From an uncultured Flavobacteriaceae bacterium (lineage in GTDB: Bacteria; Bacteroidota; Bacteroidia; Flavobacteriales; Flavobacteriaceae), in contig CAYTSL010000001.1 in assembly GCA_964440415.1 (NCBI GenBank), positions 1-47,731 of the forward strand: 47,731 nt of DNA, written 5' to 3'. Below, in pieces: positions 36,414 to 45,514 of the stretch; the first letter of the stretch is position 1, and every line of letters begins with the position of its first letter. The notes below the pieces were generated by a model. It made no database searches. It had not been told where the DNA came from and saw only the letters and a list, made by a program, of their open reading frames with translations. A program made the position numbers and the translations under genes.

Positions 36414-39221
36414 TTATATTTCCAGAATATAATTTGTTAAGCTGAATTCATGAGGTAAGTTCATTTTTTTACGTAAACGGTAACGTTTAACTTCAACACT
36501 TCGGGAGGAAATATTAAGCAAAGGAGCTATCTCTTTTGATGCCAAGTTCAACCTGAGGTAAGCACAAAGTTTAAGGTCGTTAGGAGTTAGCTCTGGATGT
36601 ATTGATTTTACTTTTTTTAAGAAATCCTTATCGGCATTGTTAAAGGCTTTTTCAAAGAACTGCCAATCATCTGTATTATTAATGTTTTTGTTTATTAATT
36701 GAATGACCGATTTGATTTTTGGGTTTTCAGCAGTTTTTAATTCATTCTTTATACCATTCAGGAATTCATTTTTCTTAATTATACTCATTGTAGAAATTGC
36801 TAATTCTCTATTTTTATTTTCAATATCTTGTTTGAGTTTATCGTTCTTTAATTCAATTAATTTCTGGCTATTTGCTAGCTCATTAAGCTCAATTTTGCGT
36901 TCAGCATCCTCTAATAATCTCCTTTGCTGATTAACATAGTAACCTTTGTAAAAATTGTGGATAATTATAATTATTATCAATCCTATCAAGCAATACAGAG
37001 CAATTGCTAAATTAGTGAGAAACCATGGGCGATTAATTTCAAAATCAAATGAAGCTATATTTTGGCTAAAATTACTTCCATTTTTCCCTCTTACCATAAA
37101 TGTATAGTTGCCAAAAGGTAAATTTTCAAAAAATTGACTTGATTCTGTAGTCCATTCTGACCAATGATCTGATAAACCAACCAATTGATACTGATATTTG
37201 TTATTGACAATTTCTCCAAAATAAGGCATACTATATGAGACTGCAAGGTTGTTGGTTTTGTTTTCCAATTCATTTTTTATAGTTCTATTTAATTTTGATT
37301 TTGGTTGATCCAGCTCATTAGCTTCTACTGAATTGATATTAATATTAAATTCTATTTCAGGATCTGGAACAGATCTATTATAAATAAGATACCCATTTGA
37401 TGTCCCAATTAAATATTCTTCGTTACCAATCTTTGATAAATTCTCAAATCCAGCCACAACGTTTCTAAGATTTTCAGAGATTGGAATCAATTCACTTTGT
37501 GGAATCTTGCTCACACTTCCAGCTGAGATAATAAATATATTATCGTCTGCAAAGCGCCATAATCTATTGGGATCTCCATTTATATTAAGCAATGTTGATA
37601 ATGATTTATATGGGGAAAATAATGAAGAAAATAATGAATCCTTGACAAACTTTGAACTCTCGTCATACCTAAAAATACCTTCTGAAGACGAGTATATCAA
37701 ATCTCCTGAAAACTTTAAAAGACTAGATCCAATGCCCTTTTCAACGGTATTGGAAATATTTAAACTTTGTACTTGATTAGAATTATTAGTGAAACTTAAT
37801 TCATAAAGACCTTTGAACTCATGATTTACAAAAATTTGATCATCAAATAATTCAAAAAATCTACTGGACATGTCTGCACCTTCTATTCTATTTTGGTATT
37901 CCCAAATCCCGCTTGTTTTTTCAAGAATGTTCAAGCCTTCATAATTTCCTTGTAAAATTTTATTAGAATTATTAGGGAATAATTTAAAATCCCAAGTGCC
38001 AATAGCTTCATTAATGGTTTTTTCAATTTCCCCGTTATCAATGATAAATGTGCCATTATTATGACCACAGAATAAAAGGTCATCTATCTCTTTCAGGGCC
38101 CAAACTTGCCCTTTAGTACCTTCTATTAGTTTAAAAGTGTCAGTGCTATTAAATTCTTTAAAAAATAGACCTTGATTTGTGCCTACATAAAGTAAATTTT
38201 TATAAACAATGGCGTTATAAATAGTACCCAGTAAGCCTTCTTTATTATTATAAACTCTGAATTTGGAATTTCTATTAATAAAATTTATACCATAGTCCAG
38301 TCCTAACCAAATATTATTATGGCTGTCTTCAAATATGCTAAGAATAGTATTGTTATTGAGACCATTATTTTGAGTATAGTGTTCTATTAAACTACCATTT
38401 TTATTTAAATGAAAAAGACCGTTGGATATTGTACCTAACAGGAGTGTTTCGTCCTTGAGCTGTTTGGCATTATAAACGCTAAAATCCTTTAAATCAATTC
38501 CGCTGTCAATTTTCCAAGGTTGTAATTGGTCATCGTTTAAAACAAAGATTCCACTATTATCTGTTAGTATGAGAGTTTGCTTATCTACATTAAAAATATC
38601 AATAACCTGGTTTTGCTTTATTACTTCATGATTGTTAACCAATATTACATTCCCATTTTCAATTTTAAATAAACCAATCCCCGTTTTCTGAAAAAAGATA
38701 GATTCCTTAAAATTCCACATTTTGAATATCTGGGCATCAGATTTTATAATTTTAGAAGTCTTATCCTTGAGGTTTAACAAGTATATATTTGATAAGGATT
38801 GGAATATCATCCAGCCATCTAACTCTGTAATGTTCCAAAACTCTTCATCTTCTTGTATGTTGAGGTCAAATAATGCTGTAAGTGAGGTGTATTTAAGGTC
38901 TCCAAAAACATCTCTTTCCCAATAACCAAAATCCTTAAAGCAACCTGTAAAAATTTTATTCTGGATTACTTTTACTGATCTAATAATGGAGTTATTAGGG
39001 ATAGTATATAGTTTCCAGTTTGCACCATTAAACTCTAAAAGACCCTTACCATTAGCGGCATAGATATATTCATCGGTCGATTGAGAAATAGACCAAATTT
39101 GATTATCAGCTTCATAATCTTGCGGAGAGAAAGTTACAATTGGAGGTAATTCTTGCGCTGTAGTCTCAAATAAAAATAAGACCAACAATAAATTAATAAT
39201 AGTTTTTGTCTTATTATACAT
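36414..39221 (-). CDS. Membrane-anchored one-component regulator: periplasmic beta-propeller repeats + Y_Y_Y domain, one TM helix, coiled coil, LuxR-type HTH
   Basis: 935 aa with a signal-like N-terminus and repeated propeller-type segments. Y_Y_Y motif: YQYQLVGLSDHWSEWTTESSQFFENLPFGNYTFMVRGKN. TM helix: LAIALYCLIGLIIIIIIHNF. C-terminal HTH: LTPNDLKLCAYLRLNLASKEIAPLLNISSRSVEVKRYRLRKKMNL. There are no kinase or receiver domains. Confidence 0.85.
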   Translation of the reverse strand: MYNKTKTIINLLLVLFLFETTAQELPPIVTFSPQDYEADNQIWSISQSTDEYIYAANGKGLLEFNGANWKLYTIPNNSIIRSVKVIQNKIFTGCFKDFGYWERDVFGDLKYTSLTALFDLNIQEDEEFWNITELDGWMIFQSLSNIYLLNLKDKTSKIIKSDAQIFKMWNFKESIFFQKTGIGLFKIENGNVILVNNHEVIKQNQVIDIFNVDKQTLILTDNSGIFVLNDDQLQPWKIDSGIDLKDFSVYNAKQLKDETLLLGTISNGLFHLNKNGSLIEHYTQNNGLNNNTILSIFEDSHNNIWLGLDYGINFINRNSKFRVYNNKEGLLGTIYNAIVYKNLLYVGTNQGLFFKEFNSTDTFKLIEGTKGQVWALKEIDDLLFCGHNNGTFIIDNGEIEKTINEAIGTWDFKLFPNNSNKILQGNYEGLNILEKTSGIWEYQNRIEGADMSSRFFELFDDQIFVNHEFKGLYELSFTNNSNQVQSLNISNTVEKGIGSSLLKFSGDLIYSSSEGIFRYDESSKFVKDSLFSSLFSPYKSLSTLLNINGDPNRLWRFADDNIFIISAGSVSKIPQSELIPISENLRNVVAGFENLSKIGNEEYLIGTSNGYLIYNRSVPDPEIEFNININSVEANELDQPKSKLNRTIKNELENKTNNLAVSYSMPYFGEIVNNKYQYQLVGLSDHWSEWTTESSQFFENLPFGNYTFMVRGKNGSNFSQNIASFDFEINRPWFLTNLAIALYCLIGLIIIIIIHNFYKGYYVNQQRRLLEDAERKIELNELANSQKLIELKNDKLKQDIENKNRELAISTMSIIKKNEFLNGIKNELKTAENPKIKSVIQLINKNINNTDDWQFFEKAFNNADKDFLKKVKSIHPELTPNDLKLCAYLRLNLASKEIAPLLNISSRSVEVKRYRLRKKMNLPHEFSLTNYILEI

Positions 39222-39253
39222 TTTGGATGAATCTTATAAATGTAAGGTGCAAG

Positions 39254-39300
39254 ATACAATATTGTATGGTTTTTTTTAATCTAATTTTTTGACTATACAA
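39254..39300. promoter_or_regulatory. Candidate autoregulatory sites: perfect palindrome ATACAATATTGTAT (39254-39267, includes CCATACAA on the minus strand) and CTATACAA (39293-39300)
   Basis: The palindrome lies 33-46 nt upstream of the regulator ATG at 39221. It uses the same ATACAA half-site as the 19-mer element. Confidence 0.45.
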
Positions 39301-39625
39301 AAGATTATCGACTACATCGAATTATCAAGAGGTTAGAATATCAAAAAAAGGTGTTTTGAATAAGAAAAATAAGGTCTAATAAGAATAATTGAATAAAAGG
39401 AAATTTGAACTATTTGAGAATGCAATATTTTAATTAATTCAGAGTATAGATCAAAAGATTAAATAATCTTTAAATAATGGATATATACATTGAAAATAAT
39501 GAATAAAATTAACAAAAAAAGTGATAAATAAGTATTATTATTTTGAACAATAATAATGACAATAATCATCTTTGTAACTGCTTATTTTATATAACTTTAC
39601 GATCAAATGTTAAACTTATTCTACT

Positions 39626-40741
39626 ATGAAAATAGGTATTTTAAAAGAAACCCAAAAAGGTGATAAACGTGTAGCGATTACACCAAAAATAGCCAAACAA
39701 TTAGTCGAAAAGGGATTTGAAGTTATCGTCCAAGAAGATGCTGGAATAGCTTCAAGTTATAAAAATTCTGACTATAGTAAGGCAGGTGCTCCAATTAGAA
39801 CTAAAGAGGATGTTTTTAAGAATAGTGATGTTATAATTAAAATAAATCCTTTTGATAATGATGAATTAAAAAAACTAAAAAAGGGACAAATAATCATTGC
39901 TCAACTATTCCATAAATCCCATCCAAAAGACATGAAACAAATAGCTAAGCAAGGAGCAACTGCCCTGTCAATGGATGCGATGCCAAGAATTACCAGAGCT
40001 CAAGATATGGATGTGTTGAGTTCACAAAATAACTTAGCAGGATACAAGGCAGTTATTAAGGGAGCATATGAAATGACTAAAATATTCCCGTTAATGATGA
40101 CTGCCGCTGGAACTATTACACCAGCAAGAGTGTTAATATATGGAGTAGGAGTAGCTGGTTTGCAGGCAATAGCAACTGCCAAGCGTTTAGGTGCTATTGT
40201 TGAAGCAACTGACATTAGATTAGAAACAAAAGAACAAACAGAATCTTTAGGCGCTAAGTTTATTTCTGTTGATAATACTGGAGAAGCCGAAGCCGAAGGA
40301 GGGTATGCAAAAGCCGCATCAGAAGATTATGCTAAAAGACAGCAAGATGCAGTTAATGAGTCTCTATTTAAAGCGGATTTAGTTATTACAACTGCAATGG
40401 TGCCAGGAAGACAATCACCAGTATTGATTACTGAAGAACAAGTGAAGCAAATGAAAAATGGAGCTGTCATTATAGATCTAGCTGCTGCTCAAGGTGGAAA
40501 TTGTGAAATAAGTAAACTAAATAAACAGGTTGTAAAGCATGGAGTCAAGGTCTTTGGTGCTACAATAGCACCCGAGAGCGTATCAACAAATGCCAGTGAT
40601 CTATTTGCTAAAAACTTATACAATTATATTATTCATTTAACCGATGGAGTTAAGCTTAAATGGGATCTGGAAGATGAAATAACAAATGAAACATTAATTG
40701 TATTTAATGGTGAAATAAGACAAAACGGTAAAACTGATTAG
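39626..40741 (+). CDS. pntAA: NAD(P) transhydrogenase subunit alpha, part 1 (dI, NAD(H)-binding)
   Basis: 371 aa. It shows the AlaDH/PNT-type pattern (MKIGILKETQKGDKRVAITP) and a Rossmann motif (VLIYGVGVAGLQAIATAKRLGA). It is followed by the small membrane alpha part 2 and the beta subunit. Confidence 0.9.
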   Translation: MKIGILKETQKGDKRVAITPKIAKQLVEKGFEVIVQEDAGIASSYKNSDYSKAGAPIRTKEDVFKNSDVIIKINPFDNDELKKLKKGQIIIAQLFHKSHPKDMKQIAKQGATALSMDAMPRITRAQDMDVLSSQNNLAGYKAVIKGAYEMTKIFPLMMTAAGTITPARVLIYGVGVAGLQAIATAKRLGAIVEATDIRLETKEQTESLGAKFISVDNTGEAEAEGGYAKAASEDYAKRQQDAVNESLFKADLVITTAMVPGRQSPVLITEEQVKQMKNGAVIIDLAAAQGGNCEISKLNKQVVKHGVKVFGATIAPESVSTNASDLFAKNLYNYIIHLTDGVKLKWDLEDEITNETLIVFNGEIRQNGKTD

Positions 40742-40743
40742 AT

Positions 40744-41055
40744 ATGACAGAATTTATAGAATTTATTAAGAACAATCTCGAATTAATATACATCCTAATT
40801 TTAGCGGTATTTATTGGAGTCGAGGTAATTAAAAACATTCCCGCAGTTTTGCATACACCACTCATGTCTGGAGCAAATGCTTTGAGTGGAGTTGTAATAG
40901 TTGGGGCCATTTTAGTTATGCTACATGCTGACCCTGATAATTACATTGCTTTATCACTTGGTTTTATAGCTGTGGTATTAGGAATTATTAATGTTGTAGG
41001 TGGTTTTGCCGTTACTAACAGAATGTTACAAATGTTTAAAAAGAAGAAAAAATGA
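40744..41055 (+). CDS. pntAB: NAD(P) transhydrogenase subunit alpha, part 2 (membrane dII segment)
   Basis: 103 aa with three to four hydrophobic helices. It starts 2 nt after the pntAA stop. Its stop overlaps the pntB start (ATGA at 41052-41055). Confidence 0.85.
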   Translation: MTEFIEFIKNNLELIYILILAVFIGVEVIKNIPAVLHTPLMSGANALSGVVIVGAILVMLHADPDNYIALSLGFIAVVLGIINVVGGFAVTNRMLQMFKKKKK

Positions 41056-42434
41056 ATATAGCCTTAAGTATAATATATCTGATAGCGACCATAACATTTG
41101 TTGTTGGTTTGAAATTATTAGGTCATCCTGAAACTGCTAAAAAAGGTAATTTAATTGCTGCTTCTGGAATGGTACTAGCAATAATAGGCACGATATTTTT
41201 ACATGAATTAGAAGTTCCTATGTTCATTTATATATTAATTGGCGCCGCTATTTTATTAGGGGCTATTATAGGATGGGTAATATCAGTAAAGGTTGAAATG
41301 ACTAAAATGCCAGAACTTGTTTCTTTATTTAATGGATTTGGTGGAGCTAGTGCTGCTTTAATTGGAATTGTTGAATTTGGAAGTAATGTGGGTAATACAA
41401 CACAAATCATAACAATTATAGCTGCAATTGTTATTGGTAGTATTACTTTTTCTGGTAGTATGATTGCATGGGCAAAATTAAACGGAACAATGTGGAAGGA
41501 CATCAGACTTCCAAAATATAATATTATTAATAATGTATTCTTTGTAGGCCTGTTAGGATTCGGTGCTTATATAGTGATGAGTAGCACAGATAGTAATTTT
41601 ATAATTTATTTGTTATTGCTGGCTGCTTTGATATATGGAATATTATTTGTTATTCCTATTGGAGGAGCAGATATGCCAGTTGTAATCTCGTTACTGAACT
41701 CGTTGACAGGGATAGCAGCAGCAATTGCAGGAATTCTGTACGGTAATATGGTCATGATAGTTGGTGGTATTTTAGTGGGTTCAGCCGGTTTGATTCTAAC
41801 TTTTGCGATGTGTGTTGCCATGAATAGATCTCTAGGTAGTGTAATTTTTGGAGCTTTTGGAGGTGAAGAAGCTGCTGCGGTTGGAGACAGCAAAACAGGT
41901 GGAACTGTCAAAAAAACAACGGCTAGTGATGCAGCCGTTATGATGAATTATTCTGATAAAGTAGTAATAGTTCCAGGGTATGGTTTGGCGGTTGCACAGG
42001 CACAACATGTAATTCATGAATTAGAAGAACTTTTAACCAAAAAGGGCGTAGAAGTTTCCTATGCTATTCATCCTGTAGCTGGTAGAATGCCAGGACATAT
42101 GAATGTTCTTTTAGCGGAAAGCAATGTAGATTATGACAAACTGATTGATATGGATGATATCAATCCTCAATTTAAAAATACTGATGTAGTGTTTGTTGTT
42201 GGAGCCAACGACGTTGTAAATCCAGCAGCACATAACAACCCAGCGAGTCCTATTTATGGGATGCCTATTTTAGATGTGGAAGACGCTAAGACTATAATAA
42301 TTAATAAACGTAGTATGAATCCTGGTTATGCAGGTATAGAAAATGAATTATTCTATAACCAAAAAACCTCCATGTTATTTGGAGATGCAAAAGCAATGAT
42401 TCAGGAATTACTCACCGAACTAAAGGGAATGTAA
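41052..42434 (+). CDS. pntB: NAD(P) transhydrogenase subunit beta (dII membrane + dIII NADP(H)-binding)
   Basis: 460 aa. The N-terminal half is multi-TM. The C-terminal dIII domain has the motifs VIVPGYGLAVAQAQH, HPVAGRMPGHMNVLLAE and GANDVVNPAA. Confidence 0.9.
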   Translation: MNIALSIIYLIATITFVVGLKLLGHPETAKKGNLIAASGMVLAIIGTIFLHELEVPMFIYILIGAAILLGAIIGWVISVKVEMTKMPELVSLFNGFGGASAALIGIVEFGSNVGNTTQIITIIAAIVIGSITFSGSMIAWAKLNGTMWKDIRLPKYNIINNVFFVGLLGFGAYIVMSSTDSNFIIYLLLLAALIYGILFVIPIGGADMPVVISLLNSLTGIAAAIAGILYGNMVMIVGGILVGSAGLILTFAMCVAMNRSLGSVIFGAFGGEEAAAVGDSKTGGTVKKTTASDAAVMMNYSDKVVIVPGYGLAVAQAQHVIHELEELLTKKGVEVSYAIHPVAGRMPGHMNVLLAESNVDYDKLIDMDDINPQFKNTDVVFVVGANDVVNPAAHNNPASPIYGMPILDVEDAKTIIINKRSMNPGYAGIENELFYNQKTSMLFGDAKAMIQELLTELKGM

Positions 42435-42452
42435 AACATTCAGTCATTAAAT

Positions 42453-42490
42453 AAAAAAAGCCACATTTTAGGGAAATGTGGCTTTTTTTA
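42453..42490. terminator. Bidirectional rho-independent terminator between convergent pntB and the Crp/Fnr gene
   Basis: The sequence is AAAAAAAGCCACATTT-TAGGG-AAATGTGGCTTTTTTT: a 9-bp GC-containing stem flanked by an A-run and a T-run. Confidence 0.85.
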
Positions 42491-42505
42491 AGTATTACTT
42501 TTATT

Positions 42506-43192
42506 CTATTCAAAGAATTCTAAAACCTTAATTTTATTTCTAGTTGAATAGATCTTACCTTCATCATGCAGTTGTTTGATTATTCTTGTAATAACAACTC
42601 TTGACGAGTTTAAATCATTAGCTATTTCCTGATGAGTGATCTCCAGATCCACATTATTTGATATTTTAACCTTATCCGTCAAATATTTTAGTAATCGTTC
42701 ATTCATTTTCATAAATGCCAAGCCATCTATAGATTCTACCATTTCAATTAATCTAAAATGATAACTATCTATAATAAAATGACGCCAGGATTTGAATCTA
42801 GCCAACCAATCATCAATATTTTCTACGGGTATAAAAACAGCCTCCATATCACGTTCAACAACACCTTTAAAAATACTTTGTTTTCTGTTGATACAGTTTA
42901 CAAAAGAAATTGCACAAGTATCACCTCGTTCTAAAAAATAAAGCACAATTTCTTCGCCTTCTTTTTCCTGTCGAATAATTTTTACAACACCATCTAAAAT
43001 TAGTGGAATATGTGTCATTTCTGAACCAATATCTATTAAAAGTTCACCACTTTTAACTTTGTCAAAATGACCAACTTTTACTATTTCGTCAATTAGTTCT
43101 TCTTCAAAAACTTCAGAATAGTAATCGTTCAGTTTTTCTCTTAAAATTAGTTCTTGGGTAATCACTGTATTATGAATTCTAAAATGATGCAC
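42506..43192 (-). CDS. Crp/Fnr-family transcriptional regulator (paralog A)
   Basis: 228 aa with a cNMP-binding-like barrel and a C-terminal HTH (ITHQEIANDLNSSRVVITRIIKQLHDEGKI). By eye it is roughly 55-60% identical to 46866..47516. The annotated start is GTG at 43192, and the true start may lie downstream. Confidence 0.85.
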   Translation of the reverse strand: MHHFRIHNTVITQELILREKLNDYYSEVFEEELIDEIVKVGHFDKVKSGELLIDIGSEMTHIPLILDGVVKIIRQEKEGEEIVLYFLERGDTCAISFVNCINRKQSIFKGVVERDMEAVFIPVENIDDWLARFKSWRHFIIDSYHFRLIEMVESIDGLAFMKMNERLLKYLTDKVKISNNVDLEITHQEIANDLNSSRVVITRIIKQLHDEGKIYSTRNKIKVLEFFE

Positions 43193-43213
43193 AAAGGTAA
43201 CAAAATAGAATAG

Positions 43214-43243
43214 AAAAAACCCTCTAACTTTCGCTTGAGGGCC
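43214..43243 (-). terminator. Putative rho-independent terminator after the porin gene
   Basis: The minus strand reads CCCTC-N11-GAGGG followed by TTTTTT. It starts about 48 nt downstream of the porin stop (43291). Confidence 0.5.
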
Positions 43244-43290
43244 TTAAGTTCAAAATTAAGTTAATTAATACAGTGAAAACAATTAAAAAA

Positions 43291-44352
43291 TTAGAACTTT
43301 ATCTGCAATTGAGCTAATAGAGCATCGTTATCAACATTTACAACGGTTTCAATATTGGCTAAATAATTCAATTGAAATCTTACCTTGTCATTAAAGAAAT
43401 AATTAATACCTATAGTCATTCTTTCTTGGTAATCAATATTGCCCTTTAGATCTGTGTCTGGATCAAAGGATTCATATTTAAATACAGGTTGGAATTTCTC
43501 GCTTACATCGTAAGACGCCATAATATATCCACCTTGTGATGTTAATCCATCAAGATCAATAGGGTCTACTCCGCAGCCACCACCTGCTCCAGGTTGATAA
43601 GCACCATCATCATGCATGTATTCACCTTGTACTTTAAATTTCTCTAATTCTACCAAAAATTCAAATCCATAAGTGGTACGTTCTTCCTCATTATTATTAA
43701 GTTTTGGAAACCCATATCTAAAGCTACCACCAATTGATAAGAAATCGGTAATTTTATAGGTAGCTCTTCCAATAACATCTTTTTTAGTATTATTATCTGC
43801 AATTTTTAAACCTCTACCGTTCATTATTGCAAAAGCATAATTAAGTTTGTTGTATTTATTGCCACCATAAACACCAAGACCAAAATCTCGTTGAGGAGAT
43901 ACCAGTTGATCTGCAACTATAGATCTTTCTATTGTGGTTAATGAATGACATGGTGTAGCTACTTCTAAACTGAATGGTTGTTTAAAGGTACCTACAGAAA
44001 TTCTAGCCCAATTATCTGCGTTGTAAGTAATAAAAGCATCCATCAAATAAACATCTTCTTGATCGTCACCACCAATAAATGGGCTCGCTTCAAGCATGAA
44101 GTAGTAAGAGAAATCCTTATATACAGTACCTCTTACACCAATTCGAGCTCTTTTAAATTTGAAGGTATTTTTATTGTCTCCACCATCAAAATTATAATCA
44201 TATTGCGGCTGTATGTACCCAAATATTTTTACACTTGGTGCACTAACAGAATCGTTACTTGTTGGCTCATCACCTTCACAACCTTGTGCGAATACTTGAT
44301 TTACTTGGAAAAGTAATACAAGAGCAAATAATATATATATTTTGCTTTTCAT
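43291..44352 (-). CDS. Phosphate-selective porin O/P (OprO/OprP)-family outer-membrane anion porin
   Basis: 353 aa with a signal peptide (QVFAQG). The family pattern is FKFKRARIGVRGTV...YLMDAFITYNADNWARISVGTFKQPFSLE....TIERS. It ends in the C-terminal ...LQIKF typical of OM barrels. Confidence 0.8.
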   Translation of the reverse strand: MKSKIYILFALVLLFQVNQVFAQGCEGDEPTSNDSVSAPSVKIFGYIQPQYDYNFDGGDNKNTFKFKRARIGVRGTVYKDFSYYFMLEASPFIGGDDQEDVYLMDAFITYNADNWARISVGTFKQPFSLEVATPCHSLTTIERSIVADQLVSPQRDFGLGVYGGNKYNKLNYAFAIMNGRGLKIADNNTKKDVIGRATYKITDFLSIGGSFRYGFPKLNNNEEERTTYGFEFLVELEKFKVQGEYMHDDGAYQPGAGGGCGVDPIDLDGLTSQGGYIMASYDVSEKFQPVFKYESFDPDTDLKGNIDYQERMTIGINYFFNDKVRFQLNYLANIETVVNVDNDALLAQLQIKF

Positions 44353-44378
44353 TTGTTTGTTTTTTAAAGGTCATATGT

Positions 44379-44430
44379 AACATCCATAACAATCATTCTA
44401 TTTAGAATAGAAATTTCAGTTATGGATGTT
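44379..44430 (-). other. Nested intercistronic stem-loop: 12-bp outer stem AACATCCATAAC/GTTATGGATGTT enclosing 7-bp inner stem TTCTATT-TAG-AATAGAA
   Basis: Read directly from the sequence, in the 105-nt gap between the rhodanese lipoprotein stop (44458) and the porin start (44352). There is no U-tract on the transcribed strand. Confidence 0.5.
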
Positions 44431-44457
44431 TCATTATGTGTTTATTATTTAACTAAA

Positions 44458-45477
44458 TTAATTAGATGAAATAACTGGATAATCTTTAGGATTTGAAGAA
44501 CCAACTCCCCATTGATTTGATGACCATGCTGCGTTATCGTGGTACATTCCGTTCATACCAAATGTTAACGTTTTTGCATTGTATCCTAAAACTCTTAAAG
44601 TGGCAGTTAAAACAGCAGATGTTTGTCCAGTGTAGCAGTATGTAACTAAAGCACTTGCATCAGGATCAAGACTTAAATAACTATTATCAGCAAGGGTGAA
44701 TTGATAAATTCTTTTAGCTCCATCAATATGGCCAAAACCTGCATAATCAGTATCACTAAAATAGTTATTAATGAAGTAATTGCCTGGATTTGCTATAACA
44801 TCTGTACCACTTACGGTAGCATCACCAAATCCATTTGTAGAACCAACAACTGCCTCAACTCTTTGTTTTAGAATTGCTAATCCGTCTGTTAAACTAGTAG
44901 AAATTACAGGATCATCGAATGTTTGGTTAGAAGGAGCTATATCAGAAGACCAATTAGTATGCCCATTAGCATGAGTTCCTACTTTGGCTGTCCAAGAATC
45001 TGTAGCTGAATTCCATCCAGACATTCCCCATTTTAGGGCTCTTGTACTAGAATGTCCGTACATACGTAATAAAGCTGTTGCATAGCAAGCTGTTTGACCA
45101 GTATAACAAACTACAAGAATTGGTTTGCTTGCACTAGCAGCTTCAGTTAAAATATCTGAAAAGGCAACATTAATTGCACCGTTTACATGTGAAGTACTAA
45201 ATGCATCAGCACTTCTAATATCCATAATGTGATAAGTAGCTAAAAATCCATCTACAAGTGCTGCTTCAGCTGGTGCTGCTACAACAAATTTTTGTCCATC
45301 TGTATTTACTAGTATGTTGTTAACATCTAAACTGTTTTGTACCATATACTCTGTCATTAGAGTAAATGCTGGTGTTGCAACTGGAGTAGTTCCAGGGTCG
45401 TCTCCGCTATCGCAAGAGGTTAGGAAAAATGCAGGAACTAATAATAATCCTATTAAATAAATTGATAATTTTTTCAT
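44458..45477 (-). CDS. Tandem-rhodanese lipoprotein with two Cys-containing active-site loops
   Basis: 339 aa with a lipoprotein signal and an acidic tail (LTSCDSGDDPG). Domain 1: YHIMDIRSADAF...ILVVCYTGQTACY...LKWGMSGW. Domain 2: GHIDGAKRI...LVTYCYTGQTSAV. The six-residue CYTGQT loops are of the sulfurtransferase (GlpE-like) type. Confidence 0.85.
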   Translation of the reverse strand: MKKLSIYLIGLLLVPAFFLTSCDSGDDPGTTPVATPAFTLMTEYMVQNSLDVNNILVNTDGQKFVVAAPAEAALVDGFLATYHIMDIRSADAFSTSHVNGAINVAFSDILTEAASASKPILVVCYTGQTACYATALLRMYGHSSTRALKWGMSGWNSATDSWTAKVGTHANGHTNWSSDIAPSNQTFDDPVISTSLTDGLAILKQRVEAVVGSTNGFGDATVSGTDVIANPGNYFINNYFSDTDYAGFGHIDGAKRIYQFTLADNSYLSLDPDASALVTYCYTGQTSAVLTATLRVLGYNAKTLTFGMNGMYHDNAAWSSNQWGVGSSNPKDYPVISSN

Positions 45478-45514
45478 GACTATTTGTTTAAGTTATATTA
45501 TGTTTTGTTTGTTT

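Noticed and set aside
39592-39599. TAACTTTA upstream of pntAA, considered as a Bacteroidota -7 box (TAnnTTTG)
   Set aside because: It has one mismatch at the conserved G, and many similar strings occur in this 404-bp AT-rich spacer. It is not specific enough to annotate without transcription start data.
27794-44974. Remaining short nested ORFs in the right half (27794..27988, 28282..28464, 34679..34879, 35580..35852, 36703..36930, 37091..37273, 37507..37776, 38722..38925, 40000..40215, 40704..40910, 41228..41503, 41606..41911, 41832..42017, 43978..44316, 44780..44974)
   Set aside because: The reasoning is the same: they are nested in or antisense to confidently assigned genes (GH16, SusC, regulator, pnt genes, porin, rhodanese).
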